DNA of 64,000 bases, from NCBI GenBank assembly GCA_002327845.1, contig DCUP01000006.1, positions 70,015 through 134,014 of the forward strand. Reading direction: 5' to 3'. Below are positions 8,647 to 18,129 of the stretch, one piece after another. The stretch is from Patescibacteria group bacterium UBA2211. Its GTDB lineage: Bacteria; Patescibacteriota; Minisyncoccia; Minisyncoccales; Minisyncoccaceae. The position numbers and the translations under genes are program-made. The first letter of the stretch is position 1. Every line of letters starts with the position of its first letter. The notes beneath the pieces were generated by a model, which saw only the letters and a list, made by a program, of their open reading frames with translations, was not told the DNA's origin and ran no database searches.

Positions 8647-11031
8647 TTAAATTCTTCTTTGTTTTATTTCCTGTTCTATAAAATCCTTACTTCTTCCGTA
8701 AGTTAAAGCATAATATTCTTTAATATCCTTGACTCTTTCAAAGTCTCCCCTAATTGGAGGATAGGTTTTTATATTGAAAGGTTTAGATATCTGTCCATCC
8801 ATCATCATTTTGACATAGAAATTAAAGTTGTCAATATTGATTAAATCTTGAGCATTAAAGATTGGAATGAACTCTTTTTCTAAAAATTGAGCGTCTTCAG
8901 CTCCAACTCTAAAGGAAATTATTGTTCCGATATTACCAAAAACGCTATCCCTAATTAAGTCAGGAAGTTGTCCAATAAATTGATGAGAAATAATTAATGA
9001 TAATCTGTATTTTCTTGCCTCAGATAATATTTGAGAAATGCTGTTTGTAGCAAAGTTTTGAAACTCATCAATATATAGATAAAAATCTTTTCTTTCACTC
9101 TCTTGAGTGTCAGCTCTAGAAAAAGCTGCCATCGCTAATTTACTAGTCATAATCAAACCAAGCAAAGAACTATTCATCTCTCCTAATTTTCCCTTACTTA
9201 GATTAACTAAGAATATTCTTCTATTGTCTAATATTTCTCTAAAATTAAATGAACTTTTGGTTTGTCCAATAATCGGACGCATATAATCATTGGAGATAAA
9301 AGTGTCAAACTTAGAAGTAATATATGGAACCATATTTTTTAATGCTGCTTCTCCTCCAGCCTGCTCAGCTTGCTTTTCCCAAAATTCTTTAACTAATACG
9401 TTTTTACATTTAGCTAATAATCTGTGTCTAAATCCTGCATCAGCCATAACCTTAGGAACCTCCATTAGAGTATATACTTCGTCAGGATCATCCATTAAAA
9501 GCATTAAAGCGTTCCTGGTGTATTGTTCAAACATCGGTCCTCCTGTTTGCTTTAAATCATACAACTTATCGAAAATATTAATCATCTCATTCACAATAAA
9601 GGTTTTTTGTTCGGGAAAACGCTTATCATATTCAAGCATATTTAAACCAACCGATCTCTCTAGATTGGTTGGATCAAACAAAACAACATCTCCTATCCTT
9701 TCATTGGGAATCTTACTCAAAATATCATCAACCAAATCTCCATGAGGATCTAATAATCCGATTCCTTCACCATTCTTAATGTCCTGCAAAGCCATATTAG
9801 ATAATAAAGCAGATTTACCAGTTCCGGTTTGACCAATAACATAAGTATGCCTTCTTCTATCGTCACTTTTCATTTTAATATCTTTCTTTTCTTCTCTATA
9901 TTCATTATATCCCAATAACAATCCTTCTCTCGGTAAGTTGGCGGGAGGAGTAGAGTTTTTCGCTTTTACTCCCTTGATACTAGGAGTTGAAGTTAGTGGA
10001 GTTGGAAAATGAAAAATACTAGTTAATTCTTCAGAATTTAAAATATTTCTTTGTGAGTGCTCAAACAATCTAAAACTGTATTGATAAATTAAATCAGAAG
10101 CACTTCTTCCCTTAAGCATCGTTAATCTAAAGTTATTTGTCTTTGGAGAATTAAATTGTTCAAAAGAATTGGACATTTGCATAAAGACTTCTTCACATCT
10201 CTTTTTGTCTTCTATTGAAACAACCAAACGAATATTTGCTTCAAAATTATCCTTGCTTATTTTTTCTTCAAGCATTTTCAAAAGAGTCTCATCAACTTTA
10301 GGTGAAGTCAATTTATTTTCTTCTTTTCCTTTGGCAGCACTCAAAAAACTAGTAGCTCCAATTGCTTGATTAAAATTCTTTCCTTGAGCAACCTCGTCAA
10401 TAATCATTTTCGCTCTAGTATACCAATCATTGTTACCCTTTTTTATAACAACCTGAATAGCTGCTTCTTCATTCTCATTAAGCTTCGTTAAAACATTAGT
10501 TATACTGGATAATGGATCTGTTTCAATATAATTATATGTTTTTATAGGAAGATAAAAGGGTTTCGTTGTCTTTAAATATCCGCAAGAAATATTTTCAGCT
10601 GGGGAAAATATATTATAATCATCTGTTTTTTCTATCTGAGCATTAGGATAGATACTATATATTTCTTTTTCTATGAAACCTTCAAATCTTTTAGGAGCAG
10701 CAACATAAAAAATTATCTGCTCTTTTATTTTTCCAATTTCTAACGCAATCCATGGATCTATTCCAAAAACTCCTTCCTTATTAAAAGAGGTTAAACTACT
10801 ATAAAAATCTTCCATTAATCTTATCCAATCTTTTTCTTGTTTACCTGCCTTCTGAGTTTCTTCAGTAGAATCTTTAGTCATCCTAACTGAAAATAAAACA
10901 AACTCTAAAGATTCTTTTAATGCTTTAGCTTTGTTTCTCTTATTAAACCAGAAAACAAAAACAAACAGTAAAACAATTAATACTGCAATGACGTAATAAT
11001 AAATATAAAAATTATTAATAAAATCAAACAT
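8647..11031 (-). CDS. Membrane-anchored TraG/VirD4/TraD-like (type IV coupling protein-like) P-loop ATPase
   Basis: N-terminal TM YYYVIAVLIVLLFVFVFWF. Walker A GQTGTGKS, Walker B-like FYLYIDEFQNF. RKYRLSLIISHQFIGQL resembles T4CP C-terminal motifs. Confidence 0.7.
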   Translation of the reverse strand: MFDFINNFYIYYYVIAVLIVLLFVFVFWFNKRNKAKALKESLEFVLFSVRMTKDSTEETQKAGKQEKDWIRLMEDFYSSLTSFNKEGVFGIDPWIALEIGKIKEQIIFYVAAPKRFEGFIEKEIYSIYPNAQIEKTDDYNIFSPAENISCGYLKTTKPFYLPIKTYNYIETDPLSSITNVLTKLNENEEAAIQVVIKKGNNDWYTRAKMIIDEVAQGKNFNQAIGATSFLSAAKGKEENKLTSPKVDETLLKMLEEKISKDNFEANIRLVVSIEDKKRCEEVFMQMSNSFEQFNSPKTNNFRLTMLKGRSASDLIYQYSFRLFEHSQRNILNSEELTSIFHFPTPLTSTPSIKGVKAKNSTPPANLPREGLLLGYNEYREEKKDIKMKSDDRRRHTYVIGQTGTGKSALLSNMALQDIKNGEGIGLLDPHGDLVDDILSKIPNERIGDVVLFDPTNLERSVGLNMLEYDKRFPEQKTFIVNEMINIFDKLYDLKQTGGPMFEQYTRNALMLLMDDPDEVYTLMEVPKVMADAGFRHRLLAKCKNVLVKEFWEKQAEQAGGEAALKNMVPYITSKFDTFISNDYMRPIIGQTKSSFNFREILDNRRIFLVNLSKGKLGEMNSSLLGLIMTSKLAMAAFSRADTQESERKDFYLYIDEFQNFATNSISQILSEARKYRLSLIISHQFIGQLPDLIRDSVFGNIGTIISFRVGAEDAQFLEKEFIPIFNAQDLINIDNFNFYVKMMMDGQISKPFNIKTYPPIRGDFERVKDIKEYYALTYGRSKDFIEQEIKQRRI

Positions 11032-11079
11032 TTTCTTTTGAATCTATTATATAATGAATAAAATAAAAAAGGAAGCTAA

Positions 11080-11781
11080 TTATGCCTCTTTTTTCATATA
11101 TTTTTCTCTTTCTTTTAAATTAAACTTCTCAATCGAATATCTTAACATTGTTCTTGGCATCACTTTATAATATTTTTCTAAAAATTTAATCTCTACATCC
11201 TTATCTCTCTTGCCCAACTCTCTCAACATCCAACCAACTGCCTTGTGTATCAAATCGTGCTTATCTTTTAAAAGAATTTCTGAAATCTTTAAAACGTCTT
11301 CGTATTCTTTATTTCTTAAAAGAGTAAAAGTAGATAAAATAGAAATTCTTCTCTCCCATAAATCTTTTGATTTAACTAAAGAATATAATACTTTTCTTTC
11401 TTTTTTGTTTTCTAAAAGAAAACCGCCAATAATATGAGGAGCGGTTAAATCTACTAAATCCCAATTATTAATATTTTTAGTATTTTTTAAATAAAAATCG
11501 TAAATTTCTTTTTTGTTTTCTGCTCTCTTATTTCTTTCAACTAAGATTAATAATCCAGTAAGCCTATGCTCATGAACTTTGCTATTTAATAATTCCTGAA
11601 TATCTATTAGGGAGGCCTCTTTAAATTTATTAACTATTTCTCTTATAACTGGAACCTTAATTCCCCAAAAAATATCTCCTTCTCCATATTGCCCTTTTCC
11701 GGTTTTAAAAAATCTAGACAATCCCTTTGCTTGTTCAATGTTCTTTTTAGATTTCAACTCTTTAAGTATTTTATCAATCAT
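11080..11781 (-). CDS. DNA alkylation repair protein (AlkD-like HEAT-repeat family)
   Basis: RFFKTGKGQYGEGDIFWGIKVP and WDLVD motifs typical of this family. Confidence 0.75.
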   Translation of the reverse strand: MIDKILKELKSKKNIEQAKGLSRFFKTGKGQYGEGDIFWGIKVPVIREIVNKFKEASLIDIQELLNSKVHEHRLTGLLILVERNKRAENKKEIYDFYLKNTKNINNWDLVDLTAPHIIGGFLLENKKERKVLYSLVKSKDLWERRISILSTFTLLRNKEYEDVLKISEILLKDKHDLIHKAVGWMLRELGKRDKDVEIKFLEKYYKVMPRTMLRYSIEKFNLKEREKYMKKEA

Positions 11782-11782
11782 T

Positions 11783-12520
11783 TTACATTAAAAATTCAAT
11801 TAAAGCTCCCAATAAACAAAGGAATCCGAATATTAAAGTAAACTTAGAAAAATTAACTTTCTTTGAAAAATCTAATAAAAGCTTCAATGATATTATTCCA
11901 AAAATAAAACTAAAAAATACTGCAATCCAAGAGTAAGAAGCAATGGTGGGATTATTTAAGTAAAGATATAAAGACGAGCCCAATACTATCGGCACTGATA
12001 TTATATACGATTTCTTTAATATTTCAGTTGGATTGTTTTCAGTTAAAGACAGTCCAAATATCGTTGAACCAGAACGAGAAACTCCAGGAATAGCTGAAAA
12101 TGCTTGTAATAATCCGACAATAACCGAAGATAAATCTTTATTAATATTTAGCTTGATATTTTTCTTTTGAAACCATGATGTTAATAGTAAACCCAAACCT
12201 GTCAAAGCTAAAAGCCCTGAACCCATAGAAACATCTCTAGCCATTTTATAAACAAAAAATCCCAATGTTCCAGAAATAAAAGTTACGATAATAAAAAATC
12301 TTAAAAACTCTTTATCTTTAAATAAAGTTAAATTAATCCAATCTCTCCAGAAATAAACTATTACTGCAAGCACTGTTCCTAGATGTAGAAATAAAGCTAA
12401 ATCAACACTATTAAAATCTTTAATTAAATAATTAGAAAATATAGCTACCACTCCTTCGCTTGAAACCGGTATCCACTCAAATATCCCCTGTAAAAAACCC
12501 AATAAAACATATTCCCACAT
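11783..12520 (-). CDS. uppP: Undecaprenyl-diphosphate phosphatase
   Basis: FEWIPVSSEG and PGVSRSGSTI motifs. Polytopic membrane protein. Confidence 0.85.
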   Translation of the reverse strand: MWEYVLLGFLQGIFEWIPVSSEGVVAIFSNYLIKDFNSVDLALFLHLGTVLAVIVYFWRDWINLTLFKDKEFLRFFIIVTFISGTLGFFVYKMARDVSMGSGLLALTGLGLLLTSWFQKKNIKLNINKDLSSVIVGLLQAFSAIPGVSRSGSTIFGLSLTENNPTEILKKSYIISVPIVLGSSLYLYLNNPTIASYSWIAVFFSFIFGIISLKLLLDFSKKVNFSKFTLIFGFLCLLGALIEFLM

Positions 12521-12521
12521 A

Positions 12522-13172
12522 TTATTTTTCTATTTTAACAAACCTGTATTTATTAAACTGATCTTTTAAAAAATTGAATCTTGAATATTTGTTCTTAATT
12601 ATTTCTTCTATTGAATCTTTTTGTTCTGGATCAAATTCAAGATAAATAATTCCATTATCTTTTAAATAATTAATTGCTTCCTCCAAGAAAATTTTAATAT
12701 ACTCCATTCCATCTCTACCACCATACAAGGCAATGGATGGTTCGAACATTTTAACATCTTCTCCAACTTCATCGATTCTATCTTCTGCAACATATGGAGG
12801 GTTAGCTAAAATATAATCGTACTTTTTTTTAATGTTTAAAAAAACATTCGTCTTAATTAAATTATATCTTTCTTTATCTATATTATTTAAATCAAGATTA
12901 ATTTTTATTTGTTCTAAAAATAAATCTTCTTTTTCTCCAAAATCACAAAAAGAATTTCTAACATTCTTTAAAATTGATATTCCTATACATCCTGAACCAG
13001 CAAATAAATCAAGACATTCCGCTCCCTCTTTAATTTCTTTAATTGCAACACTTACCCAATATTCGGTTTCATCTCTTGGTATTAACGGCCTTCTTGATAA
13101 ATCAATTTTTACTCTTAAAAAATCTTTAAAACCTTTTTTGTAATCTTCAGGCAAATCCATATTATCCAACAA
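12522..13172 (-). CDS. HemK/PrmC-like N5-glutamine (NPPY) methyltransferase
   Basis: SAM motif LDLFAGSGCIG and catalytic NPPY (LANPPYV). Confidence 0.75.
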   Translation of the reverse strand: MLDNMDLPEDYKKGFKDFLRVKIDLSRRPLIPRDETEYWVSVAIKEIKEGAECLDLFAGSGCIGISILKNVRNSFCDFGEKEDLFLEQIKINLDLNNIDKERYNLIKTNVFLNIKKKYDYILANPPYVAEDRIDEVGEDVKMFEPSIALYGGRDGMEYIKIFLEEAINYLKDNGIIYLEFDPEQKDSIEEIIKNKYSRFNFLKDQFNKYRFVKIEK

Positions 13173-13602
13173 TTAAAATCGCTGCTAATACTCCGATAAT
13201 AATTCCACCAGCTATTTCAATTGCACTATGACCCAATCTTTCTCTTAGCTTATTCATATCTTCCCCCTCTTCTTCGTTGTACATTTCTATCAACACATTT
13301 AAGGATTGAGCTTGTTTTCCAGCTGCACCCCTAATAACCTTTGCATCATATATCATGAAGAAAGCTAGGCTAACTGCGATAGCGAAAGGAACTGAATCAA
13401 ATCCAGACATCATTCCTACCGCCATTGATAATCCAGTAACAGTAGCGCTATGAGAAGAAGGAAATCCTCCTGGCAAAGAATACAAATCAAACCTAAATTT
13501 CTTTTGTTTTATAGTTAAAAAAATAGCCTTTATTGTTTGAGCAGTAAACCAAGCTAATATTGCTGATGCTAACGCTTCATTTAATAATAATTGTTGTATC
13601 AT
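13162..13602 (-). CDS. Divergent PAP2 (DUF212) family membrane protein
   Basis: GGFPSSHSATV motif. Four hydrophobic segments. Confidence 0.7.
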   Translation of the reverse strand: MIQQLLLNEALASAILAWFTAQTIKAIFLTIKQKKFRFDLYSLPGGFPSSHSATVTGLSMAVGMMSGFDSVPFAIAVSLAFFMIYDAKVIRGAAGKQAQSLNVLIEMYNEEEGEDMNKLRERLGHSAIEIAGGIIIGVLAAILIVG

Positions 13603-13622
13603 ATATCTGTATATTATCAGAT

Positions 13623-13844
13623 TTAATCTTTAATATCAAAAATCTTACTAGACTCTTTAAACCCTTTAATCATCTTTGCTTTGTGTTGAGGAACATTAAA
13701 ATAACCTGCTATTAATTCAATAATTCTTTTATTAGCCATATTTCTTTCCGCTTCTTCGCAAACAAAAACATCAAAGCTATCAGCACTTTTTTTAACTATC
13801 TTTTCTTCTCTTGAACAAGGAAAAGCCTTAACTTTAATCAGCAT
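13623..13844 (-). CDS. DUF167 (YggU-like) family protein
   Basis: 73 aa. The pattern ...V.V.A.P...ANK.IIELIA..F.V......I..G..S..K resembles YggU. Confidence 0.55.
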   Translation of the reverse strand: MLIKVKAFPCSREEKIVKKSADSFDVFVCEEAERNMANKRIIELIAGYFNVPQHKAKMIKGFKESSKIFDIKD

Positions 13845-14409
13845 ATTTTTTTAATATTTTAAAATCCTTCTTTAAGACATCTTTCATTTTTGGATTATAT
13901 AATGCTACTGCTGGATGATAAAAAGGAATAATTATTTCTTTTCCTTTAAAAACCTTTCCATGAATTTTTCCAATAACATCAATATCGTTAACAAGTCCGA
14001 ATCTTTCCATGACAAACTTCATTGAATGTCTACCTAGAGGACAAATAACATTTGGAGAAATAATTTCAATCTGTTTTTCGATAAAACGACTACAAGCCTT
14101 AATCTCTTTTTCTCCAGGGTCTCTATTTTCTGGTGGTCTACATTTGATGATATTACAAATATATACTTTTTCCCTGTCTATCTTATTTAATTTCAATAAT
14201 TCGTCTAAAAACTTACCAGACCTTCCACAAAAAGGAATTCCAGTTACATCTTCTTTAGCTCCTGGAGCTTCTCCAATAAACATTATTTTTGCTTTTAAAC
14301 TTCCATATCCAATAACTGGAGCTTTTCTTTTCTTGCATAAAACACACTTTTTACATAAAAAAACATCCTTAGTCATCTCTTCAAATTCTTTCTCTTTTTT
14401 ACTTGACAT
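13834..14409 (-). CDS. Family 4 uracil-DNA glycosylase
   Basis: GEAPGAKEDVTGIPFCGRSGKFLD motif and N-terminal Cys cluster CKKCVLCKK. Confidence 0.85.
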   Translation of the reverse strand: MSSKKEKEFEEMTKDVFLCKKCVLCKKRKAPVIGYGSLKAKIMFIGEAPGAKEDVTGIPFCGRSGKFLDELLKLNKIDREKVYICNIIKCRPPENRDPGEKEIKACSRFIEKQIEIISPNVICPLGRHSMKFVMERFGLVNDIDVIGKIHGKVFKGKEIIIPFYHPAVALYNPKMKDVLKKDFKILKKYAD

Positions 14410-14438
14410 ATGAAAATATTAACATAATTCAGAGAAAC

Positions 14439-14461
14439 AAAAAAGCCCCGAGAGCGGGGCC
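14439..14461 (-). terminator. Rho-independent terminator after the FKBP gene
   Basis: GCCCCG-agag-CGGGGC stem followed by a T-run on the minus strand. Confidence 0.8.
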
Positions 14462-14467
14462 TTTTAA

Positions 14468-14932
14468 TTAATTTATTTTCATTAATTCAACTTCAAATAT
14501 TAGAGTAGCGCCGCCTGGAATAACACCAGGGTAACCTTGGGGACCATATCCTAAGTCTGAAGGAATAGTTAACTTTCTTTTTTCTCCAACTTTCATATTA
14601 AGCATTCCCTGTTCCCAACCTTGAATGACTCTATTTTCTCCTAGTGTGAAAGAAAATGGTGCTCTTCCTACACTTGAATCAAACTGAGTTCCATCTGTTA
14701 ATGTTCCTGTATAGTTAACAGTAAGAGTATCTCCTTTTTTCGAAACCTCTCCTGTTCCTTCTTGTAATACTTCTATTTTAACTTCGTCCATTTTATTTAC
14801 TAAACTGGCTTGATCTGTATTTTCCGCATCATTTGGAGCCATTAATTCTTTCGGCTTCATTAAAAGAAAAATAGCCAGAACAATAACCAGCAATATTACT
14901 ATTAATAAAATTATCTTTTTTTCAACTTTCAT
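14468..14932 (-). CDS. FKBP-type peptidyl-prolyl cis-trans isomerase (membrane-anchored or secreted)
   Basis: [48 protein letters not shown]-terminal hydrophobic anchor. Confidence 0.9.
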   Translation of the reverse strand: MKVEKKIILLIVILLVIVLAIFLLMKPKELMAPNDAENTDQASLVNKMDEVKIEVLQEGTGEVSKKGDTLTVNYTGTLTDGTQFDSSVGRAPFSFTLGENRVIQGWEQGMLNMKVGEKRKLTIPSDLGYGPQGYPGVIPGGATLIFEVELMKIN

Positions 14933-14935
14933 ATG

Positions 14936-15739
14936 TTATTTGATTTCGTAAGAAACGTTAACCGTTACTTCTATTTTATTTTCTCCAACAACTATTTGGA
15001 AATTACTTCCTGTTCCAGAAGTAGCCACCCCTTTTGAGTTATAAACTGGAGAATAATAAGACTCAGTAAAACTTACTGGATCACCTAGTCCAACTTTTAA
15101 GTTCTTGGCAATTTCTGTTGCTTTAGCTTGAGCATTGGCAATAGCTAATTCCCTAGCTTGTTTTTTAAGTGCTTCTTCGTTACTAATTATAAAGGTTAAA
15201 CCTGAAACTTGACTAGCCCCGGCCTCAAGAGAACCTTGGATATTTCTTCCAATTTCATTATTATCTCTCATGGTTATCTCAACTGATTCAACAGCCTCAT
15301 AACCAACAATGACTCTTTTGCCTAGTGGATAAACAGTTAAATCGACTCCCTTTGTTTGCCATTCATATTGAGGATAAATATTGAAATCGACTGTCTTCAT
15401 GTCAGCTACTGCAATGTTTTGTCTTTTTAAAAAGTCTATAATCCTATTTGTTTTTTCTCTATTATTAGTCAATGCTGCGTTAATTGTTGTAGCATCCGTC
15501 ATTGTCGTAAATGTTACTAAGGCAACATCAGGGACGGAATAAACTGTTCCAACTTCAGAAACATTAATAGTATTCTCACCCGTAGAAGAACCTATGTATT
15601 GAGTTGCTTTTGAGGTATTTTGAATTGCAAAAACAGTATAAATTATTAAAACAAATAAGAAAATAATTCCCGCTATCATTAAAGTCTTAATCATGGGATT
15701 TTCTGTTCTTGCCTCTTTTTCGAAATATTGTGCTTCCAT
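14936..15739 (-). CDS. SIMPL/DUF541-domain envelope protein
   Basis: N-terminal TM, and A..A...A..A.A.A..IA motif region (ELAIANAQAKATEIAKNL). Paralog at 50451..51182. Confidence 0.65.
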   Translation of the reverse strand: MEAQYFEKEARTENPMIKTLMIAGIIFLFVLIIYTVFAIQNTSKATQYIGSSTGENTINVSEVGTVYSVPDVALVTFTTMTDATTINAALTNNREKTNRIIDFLKRQNIAVADMKTVDFNIYPQYEWQTKGVDLTVYPLGKRVIVGYEAVESVEITMRDNNEIGRNIQGSLEAGASQVSGLTFIISNEEALKKQARELAIANAQAKATEIAKNLKVGLGDPVSFTESYYSPVYNSKGVATSGTGSNFQIVVGENKIEVTVNVSYEIK

Positions 15740-15779
15740 TTTTTTAAAAAATAAATTAATTTTATTATCTATGCGACCT

Positions 15780-16115
15780 TTAGCTGATCTTGGAACCGGG
15801 GATTATTTCTTTTTCCGGAACCAAAACCGATAAATTATTATTGTCTTTTACTGCGAGAACCATTCCTTGACTCTCAAGTCCCATTAACATTCTTGGTTCA
15901 AGATTGATTATAGCAATGACTGTCTTATTAATCAATTCCTCGGGCGTATATACTTTACCAATTCCCGCTAAAATCTGTCTTTTTTCTTCTCCCAAATCAA
16001 CTTGCAACTTTAAAAGCTTGTCTGAGTTTTCGACTCTTTCTGCTTCAAGTATTTTTCCTGTCCTTAAATCAATTTTATCAAAATCTTCAAAATTAATTAC
16101 GCTTTTGCTTTCCAT
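15780..16115 (-). CDS. tRNA-binding domain protein (CsaA/Trbp111-like)
   Basis: DFDKIDLRTGKILEAERVENSDKLLKLQVDLGEE...ESQGMVLA, typical EMAP/tRNA-binding OB fold. Confidence 0.85.
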   Translation of the reverse strand: MESKSVINFEDFDKIDLRTGKILEAERVENSDKLLKLQVDLGEEKRQILAGIGKVYTPEELINKTVIAIINLEPRMLMGLESQGMVLAVKDNNNLSVLVPEKEIIPGSKIS

Positions 16116-16480
16116 AGTCCGTGTATATTACAATATGTTCTTACTGAAACCTCTCCCGAAATGTTAAATTCAGCAGAAGGATTATCTCCTGGCTTTAAAA
16201 ATACCTTACAATTATTTGCTTCTATCCATTCAATATAATGATCATCTTCCATCGGATGAAGAACTTCTCCAACTTTAACTAAAATACTGTTTTCTTTTCT
16301 CTCAATCACAGGAACATGCTTCTCTTTTCCCTCGTCAGTTTCTTTTTCTATTTGTTGTTCCATTGGTTGTCCGCAACACACAAGTTGCCCCATACCCGTA
16401 TGAGTTACTTCAACAATATTTCCACAAATATTACATTTATATATTTCTTTTTGTTTTGTCATATAAAAATATTTTAACAC
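16097..16480 (-). CDS. dfx: Desulfoferrodoxin (2Fe superoxide reductase)
   Basis: Desulforedoxin CNICGNIVEV...VCCGQPM plus SOR centre motifs KHVPVI, HPMEDDHYIEW, CNIHGLW. Likely start at Met7 (16462). Confidence 0.9.
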   Translation of the reverse strand: MLKYFYMTKQKEIYKCNICGNIVEVTHTGMGQLVCCGQPMEQQIEKETDEGKEKHVPVIERKENSILVKVGEVLHPMEDDHYIEWIEANNCKVFLKPGDNPSAEFNISGEVSVRTYCNIHGLWKAKA

Positions 16481-16492
16481 TAAAAAGAAAAT

Positions 16493-16518
16493 AAAAAAAG
16501 GCCCTCGAGTAAGGGCCC
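16493..16518 (-). terminator. Rho-independent terminator after the RRM gene
   Basis: GGCCCT-cgagta-AGGGCC followed by a T-run on the minus strand. Confidence 0.75.
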
Positions 16519-16532
16519 TTAGTTGTTAACGA

Positions 16533-16805
16533 TTATTCACCTCTGAAGTTGTTTTCCTTCATTGGTCTTGCTTCATCAACGATCATCTTCCTTCCTTCTA
16601 CTTCTGATCCGTTGAACATTTCTTTTGCCTTAGCAGCCTCTTCTTCAGTGGCCATTTCAACGAAACCGAATCCTTTTGATCTCTTACTAAACTTATCTAT
16701 AATGATGCTAGCTGCTGCTACGTTGCCAGCTGCTGCAAATAAATCCTTAAGAGAAGCATCTGTTGTGCTGTAGGGAAGATTTCCTACGTATAGCTTCTTT
16801 TCCAT
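16533..16805 (-). CDS. RRM-type RNA-binding protein
   Basis: RNP2 LYVGNL and RNP1 KGFGFVEM. Confidence 0.9.
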   Translation of the reverse strand: MEKKLYVGNLPYSTTDASLKDLFAAAGNVAAASIIIDKFSKRSKGFGFVEMATEEEAAKAKEMFNGSEVEGRKMIVDEARPMKENNFRGE

Positions 16806-16887
16806 TTAATTTTGAAAAATTGATTAATTAACGACCTACTCTCACTACTCTGTAGAGAAGAGCACGACACCTAATGTGTATACCATA

Positions 16888-16916
16888 AAGATACAGTAAA
16901 TACATTTAGATGTCAA
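16888..16916 (-). promoter_or_regulatory. Candidate sigma70-type promoter of the RRM gene
   Basis: TTGACA (16911-16916), 17-bp spacer, TATCTT (16888-16893) on the minus strand. Implies a ~75-nt leader. Confidence 0.4.
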
Positions 16917-16971
16917 TGTTTTTATAAAACACTATTCGTGTTATAAATACAGTATAAACACGAAAATAAAA

Positions 16972-18129
16972 ATGAATAACATTTTAAAAATTATTATAAT
17001 TATCGCTATTATTCCTATAATTATTTATTTGGGCGTTACTTATTTTCCAGAAGAAGAAGAAAATTATGAACCAATTAATAATGAAAAATTAAAGGAAAAA
17101 ATAGGACAAATGTTAATTATTGGATTTCGTGGAACTGAAATTGACGAAAACTCTTACATTTCAAAAACAATAAATGAATTAAATATAGGCGGAATAATCC
17201 TTTTTGATAAAGATAATCCTTCGGGAGAATTTCCAAGAAATATCATTAACTATGACCAGACAAAAAAACTAATTGAAGATTTAAATAGATACTCGTCTTC
17301 TCCACTTTTTATTTCTATTGATGCTGAAGGAGGACAAATAAATAGACTAAAAGAAGTATATGGTTTTAAAAATATTCCTTCAGCTAAACAAATGGGAAAA
17401 GAAACTATTGAAGAAACAGAAAATCAAGCTAATATCTTAGGACAAGAATTAAAGGCTCTTGGATTTAATCTAGATTTTGCACCTGATGTTGATGTTAATG
17501 TTAATCCAGAAAATCCAATAATAGGACAATTAGAAAGATCTTTTAGTGCTGATCCAATAAAAGTTTATGAACACGCCTCAAGTTTTATCAAAGGACTTCA
17601 TCAAAATAATATCATCACTGCGATTAAACATTTTCCTGGACATGGTAGTTCAACTACTGATTCTCATTTAGGATTGGTGGATGTAACCAATACATACAAA
17701 CAAAATGAATTAATTCCCTACCAAAAATTAATTGAAAATGGATATTCTGATATGGTAATGACTGCCCATATTATCAATACAAATATTGATTCAGTTTATC
17801 CGGCAACGCTCTCTCCCTTATTTATTAAAAACATTTTAAGAGATGAACTAAATTTCAATGGAGTTGTTGTTTCAGATGATATGCAAATGGGAGCAATTGT
17901 TGATAATTACGGATACGACGAAGCAATTATTAAAGCAATTAATGCTGGATGCGATATGCTAATTATTTCGAACAATGGAAAAACTTACGATGAAAAAGCT
18001 CCATCCGATGCAGTAGATATTATTTTAAAAGCAATTGAAAGAGGAGAAATATCTTCGGAGCAAATCAATGATTCTTACAATCGAATTCAAGTATTAAAAG
18101 AAAAATATAAAATAAAAAAAGACGATTAG
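16972..18129 (+). CDS. Glycoside hydrolase family 3 beta-N-acetylhexosaminidase (NagZ-like), membrane-anchored
   Basis: KHFPGHG, DAEGG, VVSDDM motifs. N-terminal TM. Confidence 0.85.
   Translation: MNNILKIIIIIAIIPIIIYLGVTYFPEEEENYEPINNEKLKEKIGQMLIIGFRGTEIDENSYISKTINELNIGGIILFDKDNPSGEFPRNIINYDQTKKLIEDLNRYSSSPLFISIDAEGGQINRLKEVYGFKNIPSAKQMGKETIEETENQANILGQELKALGFNLDFAPDVDVNVNPENPIIGQLERSFSADPIKVYEHASSFIKGLHQNNIITAIKHFPGHGSSTTDSHLGLVDVTNTYKQNELIPYQKLIENGYSDMVMTAHIINTNIDSVYPATLSPLFIKNILRDELNFNGVVVSDDMQMGAIVDNYGYDEAIIKAINAGCDMLIISNNGKTYDEKAPSDAVDIILKAIERGEISSEQINDSYNRIQVLKEKYKIKKDD

Noticed and set aside
9290-9745. Plus-strand ORFs antisense to long minus-strand genes. Examples: 451..822, 5085..5324, 9290..9745, 14009..14413, 20172..20495, 28733..29062, 33926..34342, 40916..41230, 45634..45951.
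   Set aside because: All lie wholly inside well-supported minus-strand genes. Their translations are low-complexity, S/F/L/I-rich products typical of shadow frames in AT-rich DNA, and they carry no motifs.
8647-11031. An integrative conjugative element or prophage around the T4CP-like ATPase.
   Set aside because: No relaxase, VirB4/VirB6, pilin, integrase, repeats or tRNA target were visible. Flanking genes are ordinary housekeeping genes in the same tightly packed orientation.
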